Of a stretch of DNA of 64,000 bases, positions 21,663-34,134 are shown piece by piece. Every line of letters begins with the position of its first letter. Within the stretch, counting starts at the first letter, position 1. Source of the DNA: Squalus acanthias (lineage: Eukaryota). The position numbers and the translations under genes are program-made. The stretch is from positions 34,536,001 through 34,600,000 of the forward strand of contig CM059432.1 in the NCBI GenBank assembly GCA_030390025.1, given 5' to 3'. The notes beneath the pieces were generated by a model. The model was not told where the DNA came from. It did not search any database and worked only from the letters and a program-made list of their open reading frames with translations.

Positions 21663-24624
21663 CGGCTCGGAAATCCGGACGTATGGCACCCGGACAGTCA
21701 CCCTCGACCTCGCTGGTCACCGCTACCGATGGGAGTTCATCACTGCCAAGGTGCTCTCCCCCCTCATCGGCGCAGATTTCCTGTGTGCCCACGGCTTACT
21801 GGTAGACATCCCTCATCACCGCCTCGTGGACATGAACACCATGTCCCCCATCCTGGGCGCCATGGCCCCCCGTCAACCCGCCGACATGGCGTCACAGTGC
21901 CACGCCCGGGCCACGGATGACTACTCGGCACTCCTGGCTGAATTCCCGGCCCTTACCAATCCGACCTTCTCCGTGGAGGCCGCCAAACACGGGGTGGAAC
22001 ACTTCATCCCCACCACAGGCCCCCCAGTGTACGCCCACGCCCGCAGGCTGGACCCGGCCAAACTGGAGATCGCGCGGACCGAGTTTGCCACCATGGAACA
22101 GCTCGGCATCATCCGCCGCTCCAACAGTCCCTGGGCCTCCCCACTCCACATCGCCCCCAAACCAGGCGGGGGTTGGCGCCCCTGCGGGGATTACCGCCGC
22201 CTCAATGACGCCACCACCCCTGATCGGTACCCCGTGCCGCACATTCAGGACTTCTCGGCTAGACTGGCCGGCCGCTCAGTCTTTTCCAAGGTCGACCTGG
22301 TGCGCGGCTACCACCAAGTCCCCGTCCACCCCGCGGACGTCCCCAAGACGGCCGTAATCACCCCCTTCGGCCTGTTCGAGTTCCTGCAGATGCCCTTCGG
22401 CCTCAAAAACGCGGCCCAGGCATTCCAACGGCTCATGGACTCGGTCCTTCAGGACCTGAAGTTCCTGTTCGTCTACCTGGACGACATCCTGGTAGCCAGT
22501 TCCTCCAAGCAGGAACACCTCGAACACCTTCGCATCCTGTTCGGGCGCCTCAGCGACCACGGGCTCATCCTCAGCCCAGCCAAATGCCAGTTCGGCCTGG
22601 ACAAGATCGACTTCCTCGGCCACCACATCACCCATGCTGGGGCCATTCCCCTGCCCACCAAGGTGCAGGCCGTCCAACAATTTCCCCGCCCCACCACCAT
22701 CAAAGGCCTCCAGGAGTTCCTCGGGATGGTGAATTTCTATAACCGCTTCATCCCCAAAGCGGCGTCCCTCATGAGGCCCCTGTATGAAGCCCTCCGGGGC
22801 AGGAGCGGCAAGATGGCGGTCGAATGGACGGCAGATGCGTCCGCCGCCTTCGATTCCACCAAGACCGCGCTCGCCAACGCCACCCTGCTCGCGCACCCAC
22901 GGCCCAATGCCAGGGTAGCGCTCACCACGGACGCCTCCGACCACGCGGTCGGCGCCGTGTATGAGCAGTGGGTCGACGGCGCCTGGCAACCACTTGCCTT
23001 CTTCAGCCGCCAACTACGCCCCCCGGAGGTCAAGTACAGCACCTTCGACCGCGAGCTCCTCACGCTGTTCCTGGCGGTCCGCCATTTCCGGTTTTTGCTT
23101 GAGGGCCACCCCTTCACTGCTTTTGTCGACCACAAGCCCCTGACATTTGCAATGGCAGAGACAACCGACCCCTGGTCCGCCAGGCAGCAGCGCCAGCTCG
23201 CGGCAGTGTCCGAGTTCACCACGGACATCCAACACGTCTCCGGCCGAGACAATGTGGTAGCCGACTGCCTCTCCCGCCCCGCCATCCACGCCGCACACCT
23301 AGCAGTCGACTACGCTCAACTTGCAGCAGACCAGATCACCGACCCGGATCTGCTTTCCGCACCCACCAACCTACCAGGGCTACGCCTGGCCGACGTCGCC
23401 TGTGGCCCGACCACAGTCACGATCAAGTGCGACATATCCCTATGTCAACCTCGGCCCGTCGTCCCAGCGTCCTGGCGCCGCCGGATATTTGACATTCTCC
23501 ACAACCTCTCCCACCCCGGCGCCCGCGCATCCATCAAATTGGTAGCCAACCGCTTCGTCTGGCGCGGCCTTCGCAAGGATGTGCGTACTTGGGCCAACTC
23601 CTGCCTATCCTGCCAACGTGCCAAGGTACAGCAACCCACGAAAGCACCCCTCGAGGAGTTTACCGTCCCCTCGCGGAGATTCGACCACATCCACGTGGAC
23701 ATCGTCGGGCCCCTGCCGCCGTCGCAAGGCCACACGCACTTGCTGACCATCGTTGACTGCACCACACGCTGGCCTGAGGCAATTCCACTGACCTCTACCA
23801 CCACCGCCGACATCGCCAGAGCCTTCGTCAGCACCTGGGTCGCACGGTTCGGCGTCCCCTCCGACATGACGTCGGACAGAGGTCCGCAATTTACCTCTGA
23901 ACTCTGGACCGCCGTCGCACGCAATCTCGGGGTGACCATTCACCGCACCACAGCGTACCACCCCCAAGCCAACGGACTGTGTGAGCGGTTCCACAGATCC
24001 TTGAAGGCATCTCTTCGAGCCAGCCTCCAAGATGGCGCCTGGACTGACCGACTTCCGTGGGTCCTCCTTGACCTGCGCACCGCGGTTAAAGAAGACCTCC
24101 ACGCATCGGCAGCAGAGCTCATGTACGGTCAGCCGCTGCGCATACCCGGCGAGTTCCTGCCCACCGCCACGACACCCTGGTCAGCCGACCAGCAACGCCA
24201 CAACTTCGCCTCACCGGCGCTGCAGTTCGCCCCGGTGCCCATTGCCCGACACGGCGAATCCACCTCACACGTCCCACTAAGCCTGCACCAGGCACGGTTT
24301 GTTTTCGTCCGGCATGACGCCCACCGCGGACCCCTTCAACCCCCGTACGACGGGCCCTACAAGGTGCTACAGGCTGGGGACAAATTTTTCACCCTGCAAG
24401 TGGGCGACAGGACCGAAAAAGTGTCGGTGGACCGACTCAAGCCAGCACACTCGGAGCCCGGGGAGCAGGTCCCTGTAGCTCGTCCACCTCCACGCGGCCG
24501 ACCTGCCCTCAAGCCGGTTCACCCGGCTGCTCCACGCCCGGCCGTCCCACGTCCACCGGCGTCCTACAAGAGCCGCTCCGGCCGGCCCATCAGACCGCCG
24601 CACCGTCTCGTCCACACCTCCTAA
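21526..24624 (+). CDS. pol: Pol polyprotein (protease with D>N, RT, RNase H, integrase)
   Basis: FLCNTGA, SPWASP, MPFGLKNA, YLDD, TDAS, HHCC (H..SH..CLSC), DDE core, GPY motif. Uninterrupted 1032 aa. Confidence 0.95.
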   Translation: MRHWGSAQHHPGRRFLCNTGAQHSIIPASSLDIQKGARGPALTAANGSEIRTYGTRTVTLDLAGHRYRWEFITAKVLSPLIGADFLCAHGLLVDIPHHRLVDMNTMSPILGAMAPRQPADMASQCHARATDDYSALLAEFPALTNPTFSVEAAKHGVEHFIPTTGPPVYAHARRLDPAKLEIARTEFATMEQLGIIRRSNSPWASPLHIAPKPGGGWRPCGDYRRLNDATTPDRYPVPHIQDFSARLAGRSVFSKVDLVRGYHQVPVHPADVPKTAVITPFGLFEFLQMPFGLKNAAQAFQRLMDSVLQDLKFLFVYLDDILVASSSKQEHLEHLRILFGRLSDHGLILSPAKCQFGLDKIDFLGHHITHAGAIPLPTKVQAVQQFPRPTTIKGLQEFLGMVNFYNRFIPKAASLMRPLYEALRGRSGKMAVEWTADASAAFDSTKTALANATLLAHPRPNARVALTTDASDHAVGAVYEQWVDGAWQPLAFFSRQLRPPEVKYSTFDRELLTLFLAVRHFRFLLEGHPFTAFVDHKPLTFAMAETTDPWSARQQRQLAAVSEFTTDIQHVSGRDNVVADCLSRPAIHAAHLAVDYAQLAADQITDPDLLSAPTNLPGLRLADVACGPTTVTIKCDISLCQPRPVVPASWRRRIFDILHNLSHPGARASIKLVANRFVWRGLRKDVRTWANSCLSCQRAKVQQPTKAPLEEFTVPSRRFDHIHVDIVGPLPPSQGHTHLLTIVDCTTRWPEAIPLTSTTTADIARAFVSTWVARFGVPSDMTSDRGPQFTSELWTAVARNLGVTIHRTTAYHPQANGLCERFHRSLKASLRASLQDGAWTDRLPWVLLDLRTAVKEDLHASAAELMYGQPLRIPGEFLPTATTPWSADQQRHNFASPALQFAPVPIARHGESTSHVPLSLHQARFVFVRHDAHRGPLQPPYDGPYKVLQAGDKFFTLQVGDRTEKVSVDRLKPAHSEPGEQVPVARPPPRGRPALKPVHPAAPRPAVPRPPASYKSRSGRPIRPPHRLVHTS

Positions 24625-24644
24625 GCGGAATCTGGGGGGAGCTG

Positions 24645-24890
24645 TGTGGCGGATCGCCACCTAAAACGGGCATAATCCACTCTTCCGTCTGTGGACAAAT
24701 TTCCAGCCCCTTCCCTTTAAGGCAGAAGGGGGCGGGGCCTCAGGTTTTACCCAGAGAATTCTGGGAGTTTACCCAGAGAATTCTGGGAGCAGCTTGCTCA
24801 AACATTTTGTTTTGCCATGCAGTGAATAAAAGCTTCTTGTTTTCCACATATGGATTCAGCCTCCATTCGTGTTTCGCGGCAGCCTCAACA
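24645..24890 (+). repeat. 3' LTR, preceded by the polypurine tract GGGGGGAG
   Basis: Identical to the 5' LTR except G20636 versus A24801. Confidence 0.95.
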
Positions 24891-25162
24891 GGTGTAACAT
24901 TTGCAATCCTCCAATCCTCTGGCACCACCCCCATATACAAGGAGGATTGGAAGATTGTGGCCAGAGCCTCCACAATTTCCACTCTTACTTCCATCAGTAA
25001 CCTAGGATGCATCCCATCCGGACCGTGTGACTTTTCTACTTTGCGGACTGCCAACCTATTCTTTATCTATTTTTATCCTATCCGATATAGCTACTGCATT
25101 CTCTTTAACTGCTACATTGGCAGCATCCTCTTCTCTAGTGAAGACAGATGCAAAGTACCAAT

Positions 25163-28100
25163 TTTGTAGGATACATTCAGTGAAACCAAGAAACAACAAA
25201 AAAAAATCAAGGAGTGACGTCACGGGACAGCGGATAGGTGATTGGTTGGTGAGTATTACCTTTGTCTTTTTCTCTCTACGTTAGATCAGTGGGTTAGCTA
25301 AGAATTTTAGTTATTAGTCTAGTAAATAGAGGCATGGCAGGGCACCTCAGTCCCGTCGAATGCACATCCTGTGCCATGTGGAAAATCCAGGACGCTTCCC
25401 GTGTCCTGGACAACTACATATGCAGGAAGTGTCGTCAGCGGGAGGAGCTCGAGCAGCAGCTGGTGTCACTGCAGTGCATCCGTGAGGCTGAGAGCTACGT
25501 GGATAGCATGTTTCAGGAGGTGGTCGCCCCGCAGCTTAAGAGTGTGCAGGCAGATAAGGAATGGGTGACCATCAGACAGAAGATGAGAACCAGGCAGGTA
25601 GTGCAGGAGTCTCCTGAGTGCATCTCGCTCTCTAACCGGTAAATACTGGTGAGGGCTATGGTTCCTCTAGGGAGTGCAGCCAGAGCCAAGACCACAGCAT
25701 CATGGGTGGCTCAGCTATACAACAGGGGGAGGAGGAAAGTCAATAATGCAATAGTGATAGGGGTTCAATAGTTAGGGGAACAGACAGGCGTTTCTGCGGC
25801 CGCAGACGTGACTCCAGGATGGTATGTTGCCTCCCTGGTGCCAGGGCCAAGGACGTCACTGAGCGGCTACACGACATTCTGAGGGGGGAGGGTGAACAGC
25901 CAGAGGGCGTAGTTCATATTGGTACCAATGACATAGGTAGAAAGAGGGATGAGGTACTGCAGGCAGAATTTAGGGAGCTAGGAAAAAGATTAGTAAGTAG
26001 GACCTCAAAAGGTAGTAATCTCCGGATTACTCCGGTGCCACATGCAAGTGAGTACAGAAATAGGAGGATAGAGCAGATGAATGCGTGGCTGGAGAGATGG
26101 TGCAGGAGGGAGGGCTTTAGATTCCTGAGGCATTGGGACCTGTTCTGGGGGAGGTGGGACTTATACAAGCCGGACGGTTGCACTGAAACAGGGCCGGAAC
26201 CAATATCTTCGTGGGGAGGTTTGCTAGAGCTGTTGGGAGGGTTTAAACTAGCTTGGCAGGGGGATGGGAATCGGAGCGTAGATTTAGTAAGGAGAGAAGC
26301 AAAGCTGGAAATGGAAGGCAGTAAATTAGTAAGTGAGTTTGGAAGGCAGAGGAAGCAAAGGCTAGAAAATAGACAACGAAGGAGTTTGGCAGTGCTAGGA
26401 TGGTATATACCTCAATGCAAGGAGTCTAGTGAACAGGGCAGATGAGCTGAAGGCACAGATAGACACTTGGAAGCATGATATCATAACAATTACTGAAACA
26501 TGGCTTAAAGAGCAGGCATGGCAGCTCAACATTCCTGGTTACAGGATTTTCAAACGAGATAGAGAGGGGGATAAAAAGGGAAGGGGTCGCAATATTGGTT
26601 AAGGAAACAATTACAGCAGTAAAGAGGAATGATATGTTGGAAGGATCATCAAATGAGGCCATATGGGTTGAACTGAAGAACAAAAAAGGGGCAATCACAA
26701 TGCTGGGAGTGTACTATAGACCCCCAAACAGTTAGAGGGAGATAGAAGAGCAAATATGCAGGCAAATTTCTGAGAAGTGCAAAAACAATAGGGCAGTAAT
26801 ATTAGGGGATTTCAATTACCCTAACATTAACTGGGATAGAATCAGTGTAAAAGGAATAGAGGGCGCAGAATTCTTAAAATACATTCAGGAGAACTTTTTT
26901 AGCCAGTACGTAGCAAGCCCAACAAGAGAGGGGCAGTTCTGGACTTAGTTTTAGGGAATGAAGCTGGGCAGGTGGAAGGGGTATCAGTGGGAGAGCATTT
27001 TGGTGGTAGTGATCACAATTCAGTTAGATTTAGCATAGTTTTGGAAAAGGACAAAGATAGAACAGGTGTAAAAGTTCTCGATTGGGGAAAGGCCAGTTTT
27101 ACTAAGCTGAGATGGGATTTAGCAAAAGTGGACTGGAAACGGCTACTTGAAGGTAAATCAGTGTCAGAGCAGTGCAAAGGAGGAGATAGTGAGGGTCCAG
27201 AGCAAATATGTTCCCACAAAGAAAAAGGGTGGGACTTCCAAATCTAGCGCCCCCTGGATGTCAAGGAGCATACAGGGTAGGATAAAGAAAAGGGAAACTT
27301 TATTCAGATACTGAGAGCTCAATACTGCAGAAAGCTGAGAGGAGTATAGAAAGTGCAGGGGTGAAATTAAAAAGGAAATTAGGAAAGCAACAAAAGGGTA
27401 TGAAAAAATATTGGCAAGTAAAATCAAGGAAAACCCAAAGATGTTTTATAAATACATAAAGAGCAAGAGAATAACTAAGGAAAGAGTAGGGCCTATTAGA
27501 GACCAAAAAGATAACCTATGTGTGGAGGCGAAAGCCGTGGGTATGTTTCTGAATGATTACTTTGCGGCTGTCTTCACAGAAGAGAGGGACAATGCAGACA
27601 TTGTAGTTAAGGAGTAGAAGTGTGAAATATTAGATGGGATAAACATAGAGAGAGAGGAAGTATTAAGAGGTTTAGCATCTTTGAAAGTAGATAAATCACC
27701 AGGCCCAGATGAAATGTGCCCCAGGCTTTTAGGAGAGACAAGGGAGGAAATAGCGGAAGCTCTGACCATCATTTTTCAATCCTCTCTGGCTACAGGTGTG
27801 GTGCCAGAGGACTGGAGGACTGCTAACATTGTGCCATTGTTTAAAAAAGGAGAAAGGGATAGACTGAGTAATTACAGGCCAGTCAGCCTAACCTCGGTGG
27901 TGGGAAAATTATTGGAAAAAATTCTGAGGGACAGTATAAATAATCATTTATAAAGTCACGGATTAATCAAGGACAGTCAGCATGGATTTGTTAAGGGAAG
28001 GTCATGTCTGACTAACTTGATTGAATTTTTTGTGGCGGTAACGAGGAGGGTCGATGAGGGTAGTGCATTTGATGTGTTCCACATAGATTTTAGCAAGGCC

Positions 28101-29262
28101 TTTGACAAGGTCCCATATGGCAGGTTGGTCAAAAAAGTAAAAGCCCATGGGATCCAGGGCAAAGTGGCAAGTTGGATCCAAAATTGGCTCAGTGGCAGGA
28201 AGCAAAGGGTAATGGTCGACGGGTGTTTTTGTGACTGGAAAGCTGTTTCCAATGGGGTTCCACAGAGCTCAGTACTAGGTCCCTTGCTTTTTGTGGTATA
28301 TATCAATGTTTAGACTTCAATGTAGGGGCATGATTAAGAAGTTTGCAGATGATACAAAAATTGACCCTGTGGTTGATAGTGAGGAAGATAGCTGTAGACT
28401 GCAGGAAGGTATCAATGGACTGGTAAGGTGGGCAGAAAAGTGGCAAATGGAATTCAATCCGGAGAAGTGTGAGGTAATGCATTTGGGGAGGGCTAACAAG
28501 GCAAGGGAATACACAATAAATGGTAGGATACTGAGAAATGTAGAGAAACAGAGGGACCTTGGAGTGCATGTCCACAGATCCCTGAAGGTAGCAGGACGGG
28601 TAGATAAGGTGGTTAAGAGGGCATACGGGATACTTTCCTTTATTAGCCGAGGCATAGAATATAAGAGCAGAGAGGTTACGCTTGAACTGTACAAAACGCT
28701 AGTTAGGCCACAGCTAGAGTACTGCGTACAGTTCTGGTCACCACATTACAGGATGGATGTGATTGCACTCGAGAGGGTACAGAGGAGATTTACGAGGATG
28801 TTGCCAGGACTGGAGAATATTAGCTATGAGAAAAGATTGGATAGGCTGGGGTTGTTCTCTTTGGAACAGAGGAGGCTGAGGGGAGGCTTAATTGAGGTGT
28901 ATAAAATTATAAGGGGCCTAGATAGAGTGGATAGGAAGGATCTATTTCCCCTTAGCAGAGAGGTCAATAATCAGGGGACATAGATTTAAAGTAATTGGTA
29001 GAAGGATTAGAGGGGAGTTAAGGAGAACTTTTTTCACCCAGAGGGTGGTGGGAGTCTGGAACTCACTGCCTGAAAGGGTGGTAGAGGCAGAAACCCTTGT
29101 CACATTCAAAAAGTACTTGGATATGCACTTGAGGTGCCGTAACCTACAGGACTACGGACCAAGAGCTGGAAAGTGGGATTAGACTGGATAGCTCTTTGTC
29201 GACCATGCAGACATGATTGGCCGAATGGCCTCCTTCTGTGCCATAAACTTCTATGATTCTAT
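25163..29262 (+). mobile_element. Near full-length, degenerate CR1 LINE (ORF1 zinc finger + SGNH esterase; ORF2 APE + RT)
   Basis: ORF1 from 25334 (CTSC..W..YICRKC; VCCLPGA; VHIGTND) and ORF2 pieces about 26400-29160 (SDHN, DFSKAFDKV, FADD). Tail TTCTATGATTCTA. Contains stops and frameshifts. Confidence 0.93.
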
Positions 29263-29659
29263 AATACCTCTGCCTCCACAAGAAGATCTCCTTTTTGGTC
29301 CTTAATCAGTCCCACCCTTCCTTTGACTACCCTTTTACTATTTGTGTGTTTGTAAAAGACTTTTAGGTTCCCTTTTTATGTTAGCCGCTAATCTATTCTC
29401 ATACTCTCTCTTTGCCCCTCTTATTCCCTTTTTTAGATCTCCACTGTACTTTCTCTATTTAGCTTGATTCTCCAATATATTATGAACTTTACATTTGTCA
29501 TAAGTAGCCTTTTCTGTCTCATTTTAACCTCTATATCTTTAGTCATTCAGAGAGCCCTAGCTTTAGATGCCCTTCTCCTCATGGGAATGTGTCCACTCTG
29601 TACACGAACCATCTCCTCTTTTAAGGCCTCCCAATTACTGATTGTTTAAACTTGGCTTG

Positions 29660-30022
29660 TATTGCCTTGACTTTAGAAGGTAGAGGGGTGATCTAATCGA
29701 GGTATTTAAAATGATTAAGGGATTCGATAGGGTAGATACAAAGAAATTATTTCCTTTGCTGGAGGTCATTCAGGAGTGAAATCAAGAAGCACTTTTTCAC
29801 ATAAGCGGCAGTGGAAATCTGGAACTCACTCCCTCAAAAAGTTGTGGTTGCTGGATCAATTGAAATTTTCAAGACTGACATTGATAGATATATTTTAGGT
29901 TAAGGGTATCAAGGGATATGGAACCAAGGCGGGTAAATGGAATTGAGATGCAGATCAGACATGATCTAATTGAATGGCAAAACAGGCTTGAGGGGCTGAA
30001 TAGCCAACTCCTGTTCCTATGT
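29660..30022 (+). mobile_element. CR1 3' fragment
   Basis: GDLIEVFKM-coding segment plus the CR1 tail. Confidence 0.8.
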
Positions 30023-30164
30023 TGAAAAGCATGGGAGGAGAATGAGCTAAGTTACAACCATTTGTCAGATAGTGTCATTCTTCAGTTTTACGTCTCAGAT
30101 TGTAGGAGGAAGAAAGGACTGAGGGAGGTGAGGAGTTCCACAGTTCTGAGGAAATGGAAAAGGG

Positions 30165-30495
30165 TACAGTAGATTAGTGGTTATGGTACTACACTAGCAA
30201 CCCTGAGGTTGTGGGTTCAAAGTGAACCAAGGTAAGTTGTGAAATTTAATTCAATAAATCTGGTAATTTGTGGACTGGCATCAGAAAAAGACCATTGAAA
30301 AACCTGCACAATTGTTGTACAAAACCAATTGGTCCACTAATGATGTCCTTCAGAAAACAGAACCTGCCACCTTTACCTGGTCTGGGCCTATATGTGACTC
30401 CAGTTCCACACTATGTGGTTGATTCGTAATGGCTTCAAGGGATGGGCAATAAATACTGCCTTGCCAGTCTCATCGCATCCCAAGAACAAGTAAAA
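30165..30495 (+). mobile_element. tRNA-headed SINE related to both ends of the 4461-7682 LINE
   Basis: TAGTGG..GGGTTCAAA head, central TGGCCTATATGTGACTCCAG-type block, tail GGGATGGGCAATAAAT..CCTTGCCAG. Confidence 0.75.
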
Positions 30496-31486
30496 AAGAT
30501 GTTGTGGTGTTATGGGTCTTGATCTCAACAGTGAGGGTGAAAGAGAGAGGGAAAGGATGAAATTGGAGGCTAGAGGTGAGAAAGGGATCATCAGATACAA
30601 GCTTTTTCTTGTATCCTGTTCATTTAAACCAAATTCAAAAGCAAATGATTAAGCATAAAGTTCTCAGGCTATAGCCGCCTATAACTTCTAACTTTTAATC
30701 CCTGCTAACAAAACTTTCAAGATAGTGTACTGAAAGTTTATGGAATGGGGTGAAATCCAAAATGTGGGCAGTTTACTTTCAATACTACTTTGAAGGTTCG
30801 GAGAAAACTGATGAGGAAAATCCTAGCATTAAGAAGCTAAGTCGTGAGGATAGAGTGAGAGAATTGAACTTTTTCTCTGGAAAAAGATTGATAAGAGAAA
30901 TGATCCAGACTTTTTCAATCTTGAAAGTTATTGATAATGTGATTGTAATCATGTAATTTATTTAACTGGAGGAACCTAGGACAAAACTGTTAAATCTTGA
31001 CCTAGATAAGCGATCACAAGATATTTTTTCCCCTCGGGGATGTAGTTACATGGGATAGAATGCCACCAACAAACGCTGTGTTGACTGACTCTATGAAGTA
31101 AAAATTATTGTCAGCAATATTATTAGATGCTTAATGCATTTGTATCAAATTTCTCTCTGCCTCCAGGTTAATGCCTACACGAAAGTAGGGGAAGTGAGGA
31201 TCTGATACATGTACAATAACATCTCCCATGTAATATTGATCAACATCTTCCAAAAGGAGCTGGATATATATTAGGTTCTGAAAGTTAGTCATCAATAATA
31301 GAATGCTCTATGGGACATTCTGGTTCTATGTTGTTCAGCACCATGGGAATATCAGTTGTGAAATACAGTCAGAATCCAATAATTGACATTAAATGTGAGA
31401 TCAGTATTCTGGGATTCCTCTACTTATTATGTATAACAACACCGCATATGTCAAGATCTCCATTGAGAACCCATTTCAAAGAGAAT

Positions 31487-31810
31487 ATCTTTCTTCGACA
31501 GCACCTCCCAAACCCGTGACCTCTACCACCTAGAAGGACAAGGGCAGCAAATACATGGGAACACCACCACCTCCAAGTTCCCCTCCAAGTCACTCACCAT
31601 CCTGACTTGGAAATATATCGCCGTTCCTTCATCATCGCTGGGTCAAAATCCTGGGACTCCCTATCTAACAGCACTGAGGGAGTACCTTCACCACACGGAC
31701 TGCAGCATTTCAAGAAAGCGGCTCACCACCAATTTCTCGAGGGCAATTAGGGATGGGCAATAAATGCTGGCCTTGCCAGCGATGACCACATCCCATGAAT
31801 GAATTTTAAA
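31487..31810 (+). mobile_element. 3' fragment of the 4461-7682 LINE family; others at about 44097-44425 (+) and 55890-56195 (-)
   Basis: Close match to 2745-3060. Confidence 0.9.
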
Positions 31811-31864
31811 AAAGGGTCTTTCCATCGAGAGCCCCTTTAAAGAGGAAGTCACGATCAGGAACCA

Positions 31865-32270
31865 TAAATCAAACCCCCTCCAATTCACTTCCACTGTATA
31901 GAATACCAATGGATCAAACCTCCACCAGTCCCTTCCAATAGATAGAATATCAATTAATCAAACTCCTTCTCATTCAATCCCATTGCAGAAAAATCCAATT
32001 AATCAAACCAGGGATTTCATGTGTCTTGACTAAGCTCTCCCATTTTATGGAGTCACCAGTGAACAACTAAATCCCTTAATTTGCATTTTAGGAATTTGAA
32101 TGAACATCTTTCCCATTGACTCCCACTGCATACAATTCCAATTTATCAAACCCCTTCCCATTCATTCCATCTGTATAGAATTCCAATTGATCAAACCCCT
32201 TGCCATTCACTCTCACTGTATAAAATTCTATTTGACCAAATCCCTTCCCATTCACTCCCACTGTATAGAA
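31865..32270. repeat. Degenerate 45-bp minisatellite; more units at about 34060-34135, 36920-37080, 14985-15045 and 15640-15730
   Basis: Unit like ATCAAACCCCTTCCCATTCACTCCCACTGTATAGAATTCCAATTG (period 45 between 32145 and 32190). Confidence 0.8.
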
Positions 32271-34040
32271 TCAGAGAATCTTACAGCACAGAAGGAGGCC
32301 ATTTGGCCCATTGTGCCTATGTCAGCTCTTTGAAAGAGCTATCCAATTAGGCCCATTCCCTTGCTCTTTCCCCATAGCCTGCAGAATATTTCCTTTTCAA
32401 ATATATATCCAATTCCCTTTTGAAAGTTACTATTGAATCTGCTTCCATTACCCTTTCAGACAGTGCATTCCCGATCATAATAACTTGCTGCATGAAAAAT
32501 ATTCGCTTCATCTCCCCCTGCTTCTTTTGCCAATTATCTTAAATTTGTGTCCTCTGATTATCAACCCTCCTGCCAGTGGAAACAGTTTCTCCATATCTAC
32601 TCTATTAAAACACTTCATAATTTTGAGCATCACCATTAAATCTCCCCTTAACCTTAAGGAGAACAACCCTAGCTTCTCCAGTCTCTCCACATAACTGAAG
32701 TGCTTCATCCCTAATATCATTCCTGTAAATCTCTTCTGTACCCTCTCCAAGGCCTTGACTTCCTTCCTAAAGTGTGGTTCCCAGAATTGAACACAATACT
32801 TCAGCTGAGGCCTAACCAGTATTTTATAAAGGTTTAGCATAACTTCCTTGCTTTTGTACTCTATTCCTCTATTAATAAAGCTAAAGATACCATATGTTTT
32901 TGAACAGCCTTCTCAACTTGTCCCGTCATCTTCAAAGATTTGTGTACATGCACCCCCAGGTCGCTCTGTACCTGCATCCCCTTTAAAATTTAGTTTATAT
33001 TGCCTCTCCTCATTTTTCCTACCAAAATGTATCATTTCATACTTCTCTATGTTAAATTTCATCTGCCATGTGTCTGCCCATTTCACCAGTCTATCTATAC
33101 CGTCCTGAAGTCTGTTACTATCCTCTCACTGTTTACTACATTTCTGGGTTTCGTTTCATCTGCAAACTTTAAAATTATGCCCTGTATACCCAAGTCCAGG
33201 TCATTAATATAGATCAAAAAGAGGAGTGGTCCTAATACCAAACCCTGGGGAACACTACTGTATACTTCCCTCCAGCCTGAAAAACAACCATTCACCACTA
33301 CTCTCTGCTTTCTGTCCCTTAGCCAATTTTGTATCCATGCTGCCACTGTCCCTTTAATTCCATGGGCTTTAATTCTGCTAACAAGTCTATTATGTGGTAC
33401 TTTGTTAAACGCTTTTTGAAAGTCCATATACATAACATCAACCACATTACCCTCATCAACCCTCTCCATTACTTCATCAAATAACTCATTCAAGTTAGTC
33501 AAACATGGTTTGCCTTTAACAAATCCAGGTTGATTTTCATTTATTGGCCCATACTTTTCCAAATGCCAATTAATTTTGTCCCAAATTATTGTCTCTAAAA
33601 GATTCACCACCACTGACATTAGGCTGACTTGCCTGTAGTTGCTGGGTTTATCCCTCTCCCCTTGTATGTAACATTTGCAATCCTCCAGTCCTCTGGCACC
33701 ACCCTCATATCCAAGAAGGATTGGAAGATTGTGCCAAAGCCTCTGCAATTTCCACCCTTACTTCCCTCAGTAACCGAGGATGCATCTCATCTGTACAGGG
33801 TGACATTTCTACTTTGAGGTTAGCTAACCTTTTAAGTACCTCTATCCAATATTACTACTGCTTCCTCCTTTACTGCTACATTGGCAGCATCCTCTTCTCT
33901 GTTGAAGTCAGATGCGAAGTACTCACTTAGTACCTCAGCCATACCCTCAGCCTCCACAAGAAGATCTCCTTTTTGGTCCCTAATCGGCCCCACCCTTCCT
34001 TTGACTACCCTTTTACTATTTATGTGTTTACAGAAGAAAT
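32270..34040 (-). mobile_element. 5'-truncated CR1 LINE
   Basis: RT ORFs 33095-33748 and 32508-32840; tail at about 32270. Confidence 0.92.
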
Positions 34041-34134
34041 TTGAAAGGTGACAATACAAGTTGATAATAGTTCCAATTAATCAAACCCTTTCGCATTCAC
34101 CCTACTGTATAGAAATCCAATTGCATGGAGTCGT

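Larger units (their letters stand above)
20480..24890 (+). mobile_element. Full-length Ty3/Gypsy LTR retrotransposon, CsRn1/Kabuki-like
   Basis: 246-bp TG..CA LTRs, GGTG TSD, tRNA-Trp PBS, PPT, gag with CHCC motif, domain order PR-RT-RH-IN. Confidence 0.97.
18875..29645 (-). mobile_element. Host CR1 (parts about 18875-20479, 24891-25160, 29263-29645) disrupted by a minisatellite, a Gypsy element and another CR1
   Basis: The pieces are collinear with the uninterrupted paralogous copies at 32270-34040 and 60424-62080. Confidence 0.85.

Noticed and set aside
21541..24660. Many antisense and alternate-frame ORFs in the Gypsy element
   Set aside because: Expected shadow ORFs in GC-rich coding DNA; no recognisable domains and no env-like ORF.
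31334..31350. REST/RE1-like TTCAGCACCATGGGAAT; also CTGTCC-AAAA-GGTGCTGA near 45461
   Set aside because: The first lacks the GACAG right half and the second has non-canonical spacing; too weak to call.
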